DNA of 64,000 bases from Octopus vulgaris (Eukaryota), in the NCBI GenBank assembly GCA_951406725.2, contig OX597825.1:83080001-83144000 (forward strand). Direction: 5' to 3'. Below the pieces are notes generated by a model, which saw only the letters and a list, made by a program, of their open reading frames with translations, searched no databases and was not told the DNA's origin. Made by a program: the position numbers and the translations under genes. Below are positions 1 to 13,184 of this stretch, one piece after another. Every line of letters starts with the position of its first letter. Positions within the stretch are counted from its first letter, which is position 1.

Positions 1-38
1 GTTTGGGTTACCTGGTGTCATAAATAAATATATATTTA

Positions 39-130
<92 letters not shown>

Positions 131-273
131 CGTATTGGGATATTTATCCATATACAAATGTAATACACATATAAGTACATATATATTTACATATATATGT
201 ATATGTATATATAAATATCCTTTAATTCCCAGAGTAACTCCATTTATATATATATACATATATACATACATAC

Positions 274-324
<51 letters not shown>

Positions 325-674
325 GATATATACATACATACAAATAGATTTATACAAATATATATATATATCCATCTATCCATTTCTCTCTCTCTCTCTC
401 TCTTTCTCTCTCTTTATAAATATCTACATATATATATATATATAAACACAAAGACACGTTCGTATATGTACTGCTTGTGTTGACGCTAGTCCGGCGCCCA
501 TGGCTGTCGGTCCATCAACAGGAATGAAATAGTTCATTGGTCTTACCTTAGAGAGGAAATTCTCCGTCTCCTTCTAACTCCACTTTCAAATACACAGCAA
601 CGACAACAACAACAACAACAACAACAACAACATCAGGCACACCTATACCAGTAACTGCAGCCGAAGCAGCAGTT

Positions 675-723
<49 letters not shown>

Positions 724-780
724 CTCAAACACACCTTTTTATTAATGTATAATTATGCATGTATATATATATATATATAC

Positions 781-823
<43 letters not shown>

Positions 824-1519
824 GAAAGAGAGAGAGAGATAGAGAGATTGATTGATTGATAGATAGATAGATATAGATGTATAGATAAGTATATATATAT
901 ATGTATATATATAAATATATAAAGGCAAACGACAAATATATGAAGAGGAGAAATGAAGGAAGAACTGAAGAAAGAAATGAATGAAGGGAAGGGATAGCTG
1001 GAAGGAAAATGGTAAAACAAAAGGAGGCAGGGGTAGACGAAGATCAGTGAAATGTCTACTACACCCACTCATGTTCGGTCTAAACGCCTACACATACCAT
1101 GATAGTTGTTTGGCTTCTAGCTATAAAGCAAAGCCGGGCTTGTTGCAGACGTTGAGAGGCTGTAACAGCAGTACAAGCATCCAGACCACAGCATCACCTG
1201 ACCTCTATTGCTCCATCAACACACACACACACACACATACACATACACACACACACATGCACACACATACACACATTTCTCAGTTATTATCCATTCAGAC
1301 TTTCAACGGTTTAATGGCAATAAATAGAAGCTTTTTTTTTTTCCTTTTTTTTTTCTTTTTGTAATTTATTATTGTTGTTGTTCTCGTTGTTGATGTCCTG
1401 TTGTGGTAGCTTGTTGTTTAGTGCTGATCGAGCAGATTCCAATTTCGAAAGGTACTCCAACTATGACCATCCAGTGTAAATCTTGTTCCCGCATATTATT
1501 ATCATTGTTATTATTATCA

Positions 1520-1589
<70 letters not shown>

Positions 1590-2722
1590 TGCTACTGGCA
1601 TAGTGTACCTACGGCTACATCACATAATGTATCCTTTGTTTATGTTTTGTTGCTGTTGTTGTTGATGATGATGATGGTGATTGAAACGATGATGATGATG
1701 ATGATGACGACGACGACGACTACGATGATGATGATGATGTTTTTTGCGTTCGGTGAAGCTGATGATGTCGTGTAGCTCCGGTTTGGCCCCTTTGCTTAAC
1801 AAATGTTCCATCCGTGACAGTCCCTTCTGCTGTTCAAACATATACATAACAGACTAGATTATGTAACCTATCCTTTGTTGTTGTTGTTGTTTTTCTTCTT
1901 CTTCTTCGTGCTGTTATTACTCTCGGTTCACCCCGTATCGGCATCTCAGTCGAACAAGCGTTCCGGCCGTGACAATCCCATCCGTTCTGCAGACATAATG
2001 TATATCGAACTACATTACCTAATGTGTTCCTCCTTATTTCTGTGCTTGTCTCTTTTTTTTATCCCTCACTGCATCACAGATCTTATCTGTCGTTAAAAAC
2101 CACTCATCCGTGACCATTCCGTCTTTAATTCCAAAAATAATGTGTTTTGGACTATATTATTTTAATGTTGACTCCTTTGATGCAACTGTTCAATCCTACC
2201 CGCACATCTTCAATCATGTGTCTCCCACCCGTGAATATCCCGCCTTTTTCTGTATCAAAGTCTGCAATCTCCGTAAGCATATTTCCTATAATATTACATA
2301 TTCAAGAATCTAGTAATTGCTTCGAGGTAGATTTTGCTGTTATTTCTAGCTTATTGAGCGATGATTGCAAGGTGCCCGTATTAGCACATTTAAGTAGCCT
2401 GAACAGACACATAAGCTTTTCCTGAGGCGTGTTGTAAAAATACAGGTGGTGGAGGTCATATTGGACCGGCAGTAGTTAACCAACGCATGAATTATCATGC
2501 TTTACTTTCCATTTATATTATGTTCAAGAGTGGCTGTACGACCAAAGTATGTCGTAATAAACTATGGGATAATGCCTCGTCATATGATTGACTCGTATGC
2601 GTATACACATTTGAATACCGAGACATACACACACACAAACACACATCCACACACTAACATGCGCACATAACAAACACAAATATATAGATAGATAAATAGA
2701 TATCGTGTATACATACACATAT

Positions 2723-2781
<59 letters not shown>

Positions 2782-2929
2782 CCTATATATACATACATAC
2801 ACACACACATATATATTACAGAAAAGCGTATGTGTGTATATATGTGAATGTTTATAAGAATATGTAATTACTAGATTTAATACGTTAGTGTATTCGCACT
2901 ACACACACATGTATGTTATATACACTTGG

Positions 2930-2967
<38 letters not shown>

Positions 2968-4032
2968 GTATATATATACATTCAGATATATGTACATGGA
3001 CACACAAATGTGTGTGTAGTACGAACACACTAACAAACTACATCTAGTTATTACATATTCATATAAAAATTATTCATACACACTTACATACGCAGTATTA
3101 TAACATATATATACATATAAATACATACCTATATATAAGTTAGATATATATCACACATTCCTACACACACACACACACACACAAACATACACACACACAC
3201 ACATATGCTCGTGTATCCGTGTTGTTTCTCTTGTTTTCGCTCTCGTTTACATCCAGCTTATGAGCGAAAGAAGCATTTGCGACTAACTTCTTAATCTCGT
3301 CCAGCCATTATTACAATCCATTATTATTTTCATATATTACATAACGAAGTCAGTGAATATGGTTGCTGTTTCTTGCAGGCCGATTGCAACAACCAGTTGA
3401 GAGGCTCCCTGCTGAACGAGGTCCAGCTGAATATTGAAACTTAAACAGGTGTTATGTTTGTAAGCTAATTGGTAGTCTCAAAGTATTCCAGCACCTGTTT
3501 CTATCAACTTCTACTGTAGCAGGTGAAAAACGCATCTTTAAAGATAACGATAATGTGTTGTTGTTTTGATGTTGTTGTTGTTGTTGTTCTTGTTCGTGTT
3601 GGTGGTGGTGTTATCTTCATCGTCATCGTGGTACACTCTAAGTCGTGTGAATTATGCCAGTATTTCACATGGATTTTCTATATTTCATATGACACACCCA
3701 AACACACCAGAGAAAAATAAACCATATTTGCCCACTTCAAGGTAGTCTGTCTATTCACGCATGAACAGATAATTATAAGCAAACATAGATACACATACAT
3801 ATTAAACGTACGTACACACAAGGATACAATGATTATAATGCTTTGTAATATTGACTTGTATAGAATTATTAGTAACAGAATATTCGTATATATTAACGAG
3901 TTTTTTTATTCATTATCTAAACCGAAGTCTTTTCTCAGCACTCCAGTTTCATGCCATCTCGATCATCCGGTGAGAACTGAGAATCATGGCAGCGTGAGAC
4001 TCTTTTCGAAAGAAAGAAATTTACTTCACACG

Positions 4033-4321
4033 CTCTCATATACACACGCACGCGCACCTTCATTTTGGGATCACCACTACTTTATTATCTCCCCTTCTTC
4101 CCAGCTCCCCTGTATGATCCCTCTGTCCGTCATTCGCCATGATAGATCGCTAGCCACTACACAATATTTATTTTCGCTCCTTGTTTCTTTCTGTGTTCCT
4201 TTCTGTGGAAGAGCGTAGGCTCGAAACGTTAAAGGCATTTTCACTTCTCGAGCGTTAAACTAATACATCTGTTTGTTGTCTACACCACCTGTCTTCGTCT
4301 TGTTTTTTTCGTGAACTCTCC
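4033..4321 (+). mobile_element. Short HHR-bearing element (Penelope-like terminal fragment), family copy 1
   Basis: Clearly homologous to 41518-41791. Ends at CTCTCC followed by (TA)n. Contains an HHR-like motif at 4198-4235. Confidence 0.7.
4198..4235 (+). ncRNA. Hammerhead-like motif, degenerate core
   Basis: CCTTT-CTGTGGA-A-GAGC(GTAG)GCTC-GAAA-CG-TT-AAAGG. All helices are intact but the core has A6->U. Confidence 0.65.
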
Positions 4322-4332
4322 TATATATATAA

Positions 4333-4426
<94 letters not shown>

Positions 4427-5739
4427 TACAGTATTACAGTATCGACCAGACCATCAGAAGCTGTTATACATCGCTGGTTGCAAGACTGGACATTGCTAAC
4501 AACAGTTACAGTACAGTGTGGTGGTATTAAACTGAACGTTAGATTAAAGGATTAAGTCAACACTCCCAAGTAGGCCATAGTGGGATTTCAACACCAAACT
4601 CAAAAATCTGAAAAACAAAACAAAAAAAAAATACATGCAAGAAATCTAATCTGATGTTCTCCCGGTCCACTAACCATCAACAAAACTGGAGGGATGCGTA
4701 TTTTATTTGATCCGAATTCGCAGACGGCAAAATGTATCGCGATGGAATGTAAGCCCGAAACGCAGTCATTAAATTCTACAAGGCAATTTTTCCGACAAAT
4801 ACTGCAACGCCCTCTAAATGTAAATACTGCAGGAATGCACACGAGGACTCTGTTTCGAATTCATTTCAGAGATGTTGTTTTCAATCCAAGAAAATAAGCA
4901 TTAATTCATAATGAATCATGGATTGTCTCCAAACTTCATAATTCATTATCCTTACTTAGAGGAATCGAACACGCTAACGGAAAGTAAATTAAATCCGTCT
5001 CTCTCCAGGCGTATACCTGCTCAACTCTAGTACTTGGCCCATTGGTGGTTCCTTTAGCAAAGCTCACTCTCAGGTAAGCATTCGGACCATTGATCTAAAG
5101 CCAACATGCTTTTTTCTGTTCTCATCAGTCACAAAAACCCAAACACTTGAGAGAATCAGGAAAGCAGCCCTTCTCCTATAACAACAACAACAACAACAAT
5201 AATAATAATTGGATTAATCGATTATATCAACCCCAGTGCTCAACTAGTACGTATCAACCCTGAAAGCATGAAGGGCAAAGTGAGACTCGGCGGAACTTGA
5301 ACTCAGAATGTAAAAATTGACTAACTGCTGCTAAGCACTCTGTTCGGCGTGCTAACGATTCTACCAGCTCACCACCTGAGTAATAACTGGCCTCTAAGGT
5401 CAGTTGTGGTAGCCTAATGGTATGAATCTTTCTCTTCCAACAGTTTAATCTGTTACGCGTATATGAAATAATAATAATAATAAATTTTGAATATTGGACT
5501 TAAACGAAAAAATAATAGCAGTGGCTGTGTGGTACGTAGCTTGTTTACCAACCACAAGGTTCCGGGTGCAGTCCTAGTGCGTGGCACCTTGGGCAAGTGT
5601 CTTCTACAATAGCCTCGGGCCGACCAAAGCCTTGTGAGTGGATCTGGTAGACGGAACCCACTTAAAATCAAGCAACTACAACATTTATGTTCTTCCCGTA
5701 GTTTTATTTGAGCTACAATGTGTCACCTGCATATCTGTT

Positions 5740-6075
5740 GCATTTCAGAAACTGGAAATCTGTAACGTGAATTATTGCTAACAACAGACTCTCAGACCAC
5801 GTCAGAATCGAAAATCTAAAGACAAATGACCAAATTACCACCACTCATCTCTGTCATCAAACGTAAAATATTTAAACTGCTTGGTCTCACTAGGAGAATG
5901 GTTTGGAAGGCATAATTAATTGCAAAAGAAGCAGCGGTAGGCAACCTAAGATATGGGGAGACAACATCAGAGCATGGACATGTCTGAACCCTCTCGTTAA
6001 AGATCGAATGATATAAGGGCAACTACCTCCTGTTAATGCACATTCTGCCGCAGGCGGAGATAACAGGAACTGATA
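5740..6075 (+). pseudogene. Decayed RTE-like LINE 3' fragment
   Basis: Segments translate to PPLISVIKRK and KRSSGRQPKIWGDNIRAWTCL, resembling the RTE C-terminal GKRxRGRPxxxWxDNIxxW motif. Confidence 0.6.
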
Positions 6076-7398
6076 GAGTTCAGTTGATCGAATACTTTGT
6101 CACCGTCGAAGACGTTCGATAACCTTTTGCTAGGATTGATATATTCGATGTTTTACTCACCTGCAACAGGTGTGATAATTTTGTCGATCTTAAAATCAAT
6201 ATTTAGACTCAGGTGACGAAGGGGAAAGTGGCACAGACGGTAGTGTACCAATTGGCCTCAATGACTCACAATAGAAATCAAAGAAGCTAGAGGTAGCTTA
6301 CGTCGGTAATCAGCAGTGAAAGGAGTGACATCGTTTGTCTCGTACCAGCTTTATTTTCACTCATTCCAGACTGTGTTTTAGTCTCTTGTATGAACAAGCT
6401 TATCATCAATGGCACTTGTATGAACAAGCCTATCATCAATGGCACTCCATCCACAGCAATCCAGCCATGGCTATCTCGTTTGTGCTCTCCAATGTAAGAA
6501 ACAACAAGGAACACATTCTATCAGATGTGATTTAAGAGATTTGGCTAATATTCAAGAAGAAAGGTCTTCCTCAAACCTTTCTTTAACGATCGGCCAATTT
6601 CATTTTCTCACTCTTTTGAAGCATCCTCTTACTACAATTCAAATCGGAGTCGATAAATTAAGTACCAGTCACGCATTAGGGTCGATATAATCGACTTAAT
6701 CCGTTTGTCTGTCCTTGTCTGTCCTCTCTGTGTTTAGCCCCTTGTGGGTAGTAAAGAAATAGGTATTTCGTCTGCCGTTACGTTGCGAGTTCAAATTCAG
6801 CCGAGGTCGACTTTGCCTTCCATCCTTTTGGATTTTTACGTAATATTAAGTATTTTTACGCAATATTACGTATTTTCATGTAATATTAGGCTCGGGTCAT
6901 TTAATTCCGGGCGCTAGTTCGGCGTGGGAGACTATCTACCTTCTATAAGCATATTTGGTATGCTTATTAACTTATTCACGTTCCGAGTTCGATAATTAGT
7001 CTTGATATTGTTGCTATTATTATTGTGGAATCTGTTAATTATTAATATAGAAGACAAAAACACTGTACAGAAGCATGTGTAACCCCACTACCATCCCATT
7101 TCTCCCTTGTACCCATATACATTTTCCAACTCCCCCTTTATTGACCCAGTCCAAAATTTCCCACCACTCTTAGTGGGTGGTGCCACCCACTTTAAGAAGT
7201 TCTGGCGTTCAGGGTTGTTGTTGTGATTGTTGTTGTTTGATTTCAGGCTTTCACTGACTGAACTGACAAAAGTCAAAGTCAAACTCGGCGGAATTTTGAA
7301 CTCAGAACGTAGAGGCGGACGAAATATCGCTAAGCATTTCCCCCGGCGTGCCAACGATTCTGGTTGCTCGCCACCGAATGATAATAATACTACTACTA

Positions 7399-7463
<65 letters not shown>

Positions 7464-7467
<4 letters not shown>

Positions 7468-8023
7468 GCCCTGATGCAGTACCAGGCGTTGGCTCTCATG
7501 GCTTCTGATCTTAAAGGACAGGAAGTATTATCATGAATATTGTTTCGTCTTGGTATAAAAGATAAGCTACAGAAAATATTCTGCTCAATACCACAGATTT
7601 GCTTGTCAGTTGTTTGACTTTAACCAGTTGAGCAGGTCCCTTAGTGGCTGACGATATGTGGATCTCTGATCACGAGCAGAAGTAGCGGGGTAATATCATA
7701 GCCATGTGTTGAGAGGAATTCTGTGGGATTAGAGTAATTCACCTCTGGAAACATGGGTGTTTCGTTCAACTTCCTTAAACCACACTTATTTAGGGACTTT
7801 TTGAACGGAATGTGCCACAAGAACTGAAGAAAATTCTAACTAGGCCTCACCTGCAAAGACATGCGCTGTTTATCTTGATATGAGATCAGGATGTCACACA
7901 CATATGGTTGTGATGCATGTGCCTGATGTACCCTTATCAGACTGGTAGTCATGATGGGTATACTGGGCTTCAGATATTTTACCCCCGTGTCACCTTGATG
8001 GCATGCACTGTCTCTCTCTCTCA
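7464..8023 (+). mobile_element. ~560-bp non-autonomous (TAA)n-associated element, copy 1
   Basis: Starts AAATGCCCTGATGCAGTACCAGGC right after (TAA)n. Colinear with the copies at 22897, 52236 and 55602. Confidence 0.85.
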
Positions 8024-8134
8024 TGCAACGATAATAGTAATTATAACGATGATGATGATGAAGAAGAAGAAGAAGAAGAAGAAGAAGAAGGAGGAGAAGA
8101 AGAAGAAGAAGAAGAAGAAGAAGAAGAAGAAGAA

Positions 8135-8165
<31 letters not shown>

Positions 8166-8450
8166 AAGAAGAAGAAGAAGAAGAAGAAGAACAACAACAA
8201 CAACAACAACGACAATAACAAGAAAACAATAACGGGTTGATCACGGCTGGAACAGCCGTGATCATAGATCTGCTGTTTTAGCTGTAAGCAACAGCATTCA
8301 GCAAGAACAATAAGCGAAATACATAAATCACTATATTTACTTTTATTTGGTTTTGAAATACGGTATTGTACAGCATACAACATTGCAGTGTCGACTGTTT
8401 TATATATAATATATAAATTAGTATACGCTGTTTAAATATTATACATTCTA

Positions 8451-8849
8451 AGGCGGCGAGCTGGCAGAAACGTTAGCACGCCGGGCGAAATGCGTAGCCG
8501 TATTTCGTCTGCCGTTACATTCTGAGTTCAAATTCCGCCCAGGTCGACTTTACCTTTCATCCTTTCGGCGTCAATAAATTAAGTACCAGGGACGCACTGG
8601 GGTTCGATATAATCGAATTAATCCGTTTGTCTGTCCTTGTTTGTCCCCCCTATGTTTAGCCCATTGTGGGTAGTAAAGAAATAGGTATTTCGTCTGTCGT
8701 TACGTTCTGAGTTCAAATTCCGCAGAAGTCGGCTTTGATTTTCATCCTTTCGGGGCTGATAAATTATGTACCATTTGCTTACTGGGGATCGATCCAATCG
8801 ACTAACACCCTCTCCCAAAATTTCGGGCCTTGTGCCTAGAATAGAAAAG
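8451..8849 (+). mobile_element. tRNA-derived SINE family A, dimeric-body copy with 16-bp TSD
   Basis: Head AGGCGGCGAGCTGGCAGAAACGTTAGC (A box) ... GAGTTCAAATTCC (B box). Body repeated at 8500 and 8685. AATATTATACATTCTA at 8435-8450 and 8850-8865. Confidence 0.9.
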
Positions 8850-9494
8850 AATATTATACATTCTACAGTCTTATACACTGCCTTGTATATTCCTATCCAC
8901 ATTGATAAGAGTTTAGGACCAAACACATGTAATACCTAACTTAATTACTTCGTGTGCCTGGCTATGGTTGTGCATTCAACCAGAACAAATATACTACTAC
9001 TACTAATAATAATAATAATCCTTTCTATTATAGGCAAGAGGTCTGAAATTTATGGGGAGGGGACTAGTCGATTACTCGGACCCAAGTGTTTTACCGGTAC
9101 TTAATATATCGACCCCCGAAAGGAAAAAACGGTAAAGTCGACCTCGGCGGAATTTGAACTCAGAACGTAGCGACGGGCGAAACGCCGCAAAGCCCCCTTT
9201 TTTTTTATATCATCCAGCCAGCGTCTTCACAGTTGTCTCCATCCCTTTTTCCTGTTCACTCCTTTCTTTAGAATGTGAACGTTAAGCTTGTTGACCCTGA
9301 CGACACCCAAAGTACTTCAGCTCTCTCTCAATGTAGACAAAAATTCTTTCTGATACCATATCCTTAAGAAACTGAAAGCCCGTCGTATATACACCTCTCT
9401 CTCTCTCTCTCTCTGACACACACACGCACGGACACATGCATATACCTATGTATATAAGTATGTATGTATGTATGTATGTATGTATGTATGTATG

Positions 9495-9544
<50 letters not shown>

Positions 9545-9545
<1 letters not shown>

Positions 9546-9951
9546 GATATTTTCGGTTTGAACGGCAGTTTTTTCTAGCGGTGTCATATGAAATTGTCAC
9601 CCATAATTATGACCCTAGTATCGATCTATTGCATTTCAATCTGTTTTAGGGTTAGGGTTAGGGGTGGGGGAAGGGTATTTTTTTTTCTTCACAAATGTAA
9701 GTAAACCCAATATGTTTCTTAAACGAGGGACATATTCATACGGCACAGAATGCTTTTTAACTCAATAGACGTCACTGATTGGTTGAAATTGCAGAAAAAA
9801 AACAACAAATATCTTACAAACTATAGAATTTTCTCAATAAAGCCAAGAGAAAAATATGTTTTATAAACACATTCTAGCAGTATACGAAGTTTAAAATTTT
9901 CTAGTTACCTAGAAGTTATGTTAAAAACTACCGTTCAAACCGAAAAGATCC
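9545..9951. mobile_element. ~407-bp MITE with ~29-bp TIRs inserted in (TA)n
   Basis: GGATATTTTCGGTTTGAACGGCAGTTTTT versus rc of right end GGATCTTTTCGGTTTGAACGGTAGTTTTT. Confidence 0.85.
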
Positions 9952-9970
9952 TATATATATATATATAATA

Positions 9971-10784
9971 TACAAGAGAGTCCACTGAAAAGTTCATAGG
10001 CTGACCAAGATACTCTCATGGAATGTGACCAAATGCGGTATATTTTTCAACATTTCCCCCAACCCCTTTTTGTCCACACATTCTTCCATTAGCGTGGCAG
10101 CCCCGCAACCCCATTGGGGAAGAAGGGTGTTTCTATAGCATGGCTTGTCTTTTTATCTCTGGCTCAAAGTGATGAATCCAACATTCATCTCGGTTAGGAA
10201 ATGTACATAGCAACCAGCTGGATGTGCCTTAAATAATGTCATATGTGCCTTTGTCCAATTGTCAGAAAGCGTGCCTCGCACTGAACAGAACCCTTCGTCG
10301 CACCAAATGCATTCTGCAGAATATTCTCGACTCTTGTACGGGATATGCTAATAGTTGGCTATTAGATTTATTGCCAAACGCCTCTCTTCAACACTAGCAA
10401 TGTTTTCCTCAGTGGTGCCAATTACAGGTTGTCCGAACCTTGGGTCATTTGAAGACTCTAAATTCAGCTGCCCACTTCTGCTCCCTCGATAATGCTAGAG
10501 CGCCATCCCCTAATGTAGCAACCATCACAATATGAATTCCTAAGGGACTAAACCGTTTTTCGGCATGTACCTGATAAATCCATAATGTCAAATTTTGTCG
10601 ATTTTATAGAGAAGTCGCTTCTGGTTACTTTTGAAGCTTTCTTTAAACAGTCAGGTGTTAGTTTACCTGGCAAGAAATAACGCTGTTATTAATGAGAAGA
10701 GCTAAAATTAACTCAAGCAAGATTTCACACCTCTAGCATCACTCCTTCATAGTCAGGTTATGAAATCTTCAGCCTACCTCTGTA
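9971..10784 (-). mobile_element. Internally deleted, decayed mariner (Tc1/mariner) transposon
   Basis: Degenerate TIRs (TACAAGAGAGTCCACTGAAAAGTTCATAGGCTGAC vs rc TACAGAGGTAGGCTGAAGATTTCATAACCTGAC) with TA ends. Minus strand encodes DECWIHHFEPEIKRQ (10189-10145) and QKWAAEF...DPRFGQP. Confidence 0.85.
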
Positions 10785-10797
10785 TGTACCCGCCTCT

Positions 10798-10848
<51 letters not shown>

Positions 10849-11013
10849 TATTCATGTTTGTTTGCAACCACACGGCTTGACAACCGATGTTGGTTTGTTT
10901 GTGTCTCCGTAGCTTACGAAAAATAATTACTGGGGTCAACTAGAAGTTCTTTAAAACGGTGCTGCAGCATGACCGCAGTCCAACAACTGAAGCATGTTAA
11001 CGATAAAAGAAAT

Positions 11014-11398
11014 ATGTGCATGCGTGTGTGTATGTGTGTGTGTATGTGTGTGTGTATGTGCGTGTGTGTGTATGTGTGTGTGTGTGTGTGTGAGTGTATG
11101 TGCGCGCGCACACACGCACACACACACACACGCACATACACACACATACACACACACGCACATACACGCACACATACACACACACACGCATACACACACA
11201 CGCACATACACACACACATACAACACACGCACATACACGCACACATACACACTCACACGCATACACACACACACGCACATACACACACACATACACACAC
11301 ACATACATACACACACACATACACACACACGCACATACACGCACACATACACACACACACGCATACACACACACACGCACATACACACACACATGCGC
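11014..11398. repeat. (TG)n then (CA)n compound microsatellite with higher-order repetition
   Basis: Polarity switches around GCGCGCGC at about 11102. Confidence 0.95.
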
Positions 11399-11766
11399 GT
11401 TAATAAATAACGGACGTATAAAGACTCTGCAGTAATTGTTTCATTTTCCCGCTCATCCTGTCTCTTCTCTGTTTCCCATTCCGCTCTCTCTTTCTCTCTC
11501 TCTCTCTCGCTCTCTTTCTCTCTCTCCCTCTTTCTCTCAAACTCACTATCTCTTACTTTCTCTCTTTCCTTCGTTTCTCTGTTTTTCATTCTTCTCACTA
11601 TCTTTGTTTCACGCTTTCTCCCTTCTTTCCTCACGCCGTTCATCATTAGTTTTCTCAGTTTTTCTTTCTCGCAATTTCCTTCCTTCTTTCTTTCCTTCCT
11701 TCCTTCCTTTATTTATTCATTCATTTATCTTTCATCTTTCGCATTTACTTTTCTTTTTTCGTATTA

Positions 11767-11798
<32 letters not shown>

Positions 11799-11805
11799 AT
11801 TGCTC

Positions 11806-11863
<58 letters not shown>

Positions 11864-11888
11864 AATCTGTCTATCTATCCACCAATCC

Positions 11889-11948
<60 letters not shown>

Positions 11949-12709
11949 GTCTATCTATCCACCAATCCATCTATCCATCCATCCATCCATCCATCTATCT
12001 ATTTATCCATCCGTCTATTTATCTGTCGGTTTGTCCTTTCCTCTTCCTCTCTCCTATCTTTCACTATGTTCCATCTGAATTTAATTCTCTCTCCCTCTCT
12101 CTTCCCCTCTCTCTCTCTTCTTCCTATGCTCCTTTCCTATTTACATAATTTCTTTCAGTTTACTCTCCCCTACTAATATATACGCATACCATGTATATCC
12201 CCCTTTCACGTCTTATTCCCTCTCTCTGTCCCTTTTTCTCTCTCTCTCTTATCCTTCTCTTAATATCCATTCCTAAAAAAATAAAAGCCAAATAAAAAAA
12301 GCTGAAAATACAAACTTCCACGACGAGTAATCCACTTATTCAATTCCCCGTGCTACCTCCTTACTAAATTCTACACAAAGTGGTTGAATATACCAAAGAT
12401 AATCGTACCCTTAACATACTTTTCGTATAGAGTCAGTGTTAGACAGTGTGCGACAATGGAACCTCATTGAATTACGAGTATAACTCATTTGTGAGATTTG
12501 AACCCAATTCTATCTCTTAGCGTATTACAGAGTAATTTAATGAGACTTCTATCGCAAATGGTAGTTTCATAAAAGCGTTGGATGAAATGCCTGCGGTGAC
12601 TGTTTTACGAAATACTGTGATCTGAGCAGGGACCAATTCAGACCCATAGAGGTCCTTGATATTTAAAAGATTTTGATGCATCCATATATATGTAATTCAA
12701 ATTATAAAC

Positions 12710-13090
12710 AACAGGAACACTCAGAAAGCGCAAATCTCCGCCGAGGTAACACCAACGTCGTCTTAAAGATTAGCCAGAGATGATTTTTAAAATGGGAATA
12801 TCTGAAATAAACGCAACTGCTCTAACAAAAGAGAATAATAAAAATGAACCCGACTGCCCCCAAAAATTAAGTAAAAAAAAAAAGCAGGAAAAATAATCTA
12901 GATTCCTTGTCTTGTGACAGGATCGATCCCGATATCTAATCAGTTCGTGCCAGTCACGAGGCCAAACATCTCTGAAAGTTTCATCCGAATACATCCAGCA
13001 GTTCTTGAGATATCTTGTCCATGGACAAACAAACAAACAAACAAACACGACTGAAAACAATACCTCCACCTTCGCTAAGGTGGAAGTAAT
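12710..13090 (+). mobile_element. Helentron-associated (HINE/DINE-1-like) non-autonomous element
   Basis: 5' sub-terminal CTCCGCC, internal (CAAA)n and 3' hairpin TACCTCCACCTT-CGCT-AAGGTGGAAGTA. Homologous to 30973-31337. Confidence 0.65.
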
Positions 13091-13184
13091 AATAAACCAT
13101 AAAATAAATTTATAATTTTCATAACAAAACAAAACTAAGAGTAATGTGGAAAATAATGTATAGCTTTTTAGAACATCCACTTTT

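Noticed and set aside
1121-1128. TATA box (CTATAAAG)
   Set aside because: Too common in AT-rich DNA, and no downstream gene is supported.
6155-6163. Perfect minus-strand donor CAG|GTGAGT
   Set aside because: One such 9-mer is expected by chance in a window this size and no supporting exon is evident.
6385-6446. 30-bp tandem duplication
   Set aside because: A simple local slippage duplication with no evidence of function.
7464-7560. HDV-like or twister ribozyme at the 5' end of the 560-bp element
   Set aside because: I could not fit the nested double pseudoknot or the twister consensus by eye. Only a simple hairpin is supported.
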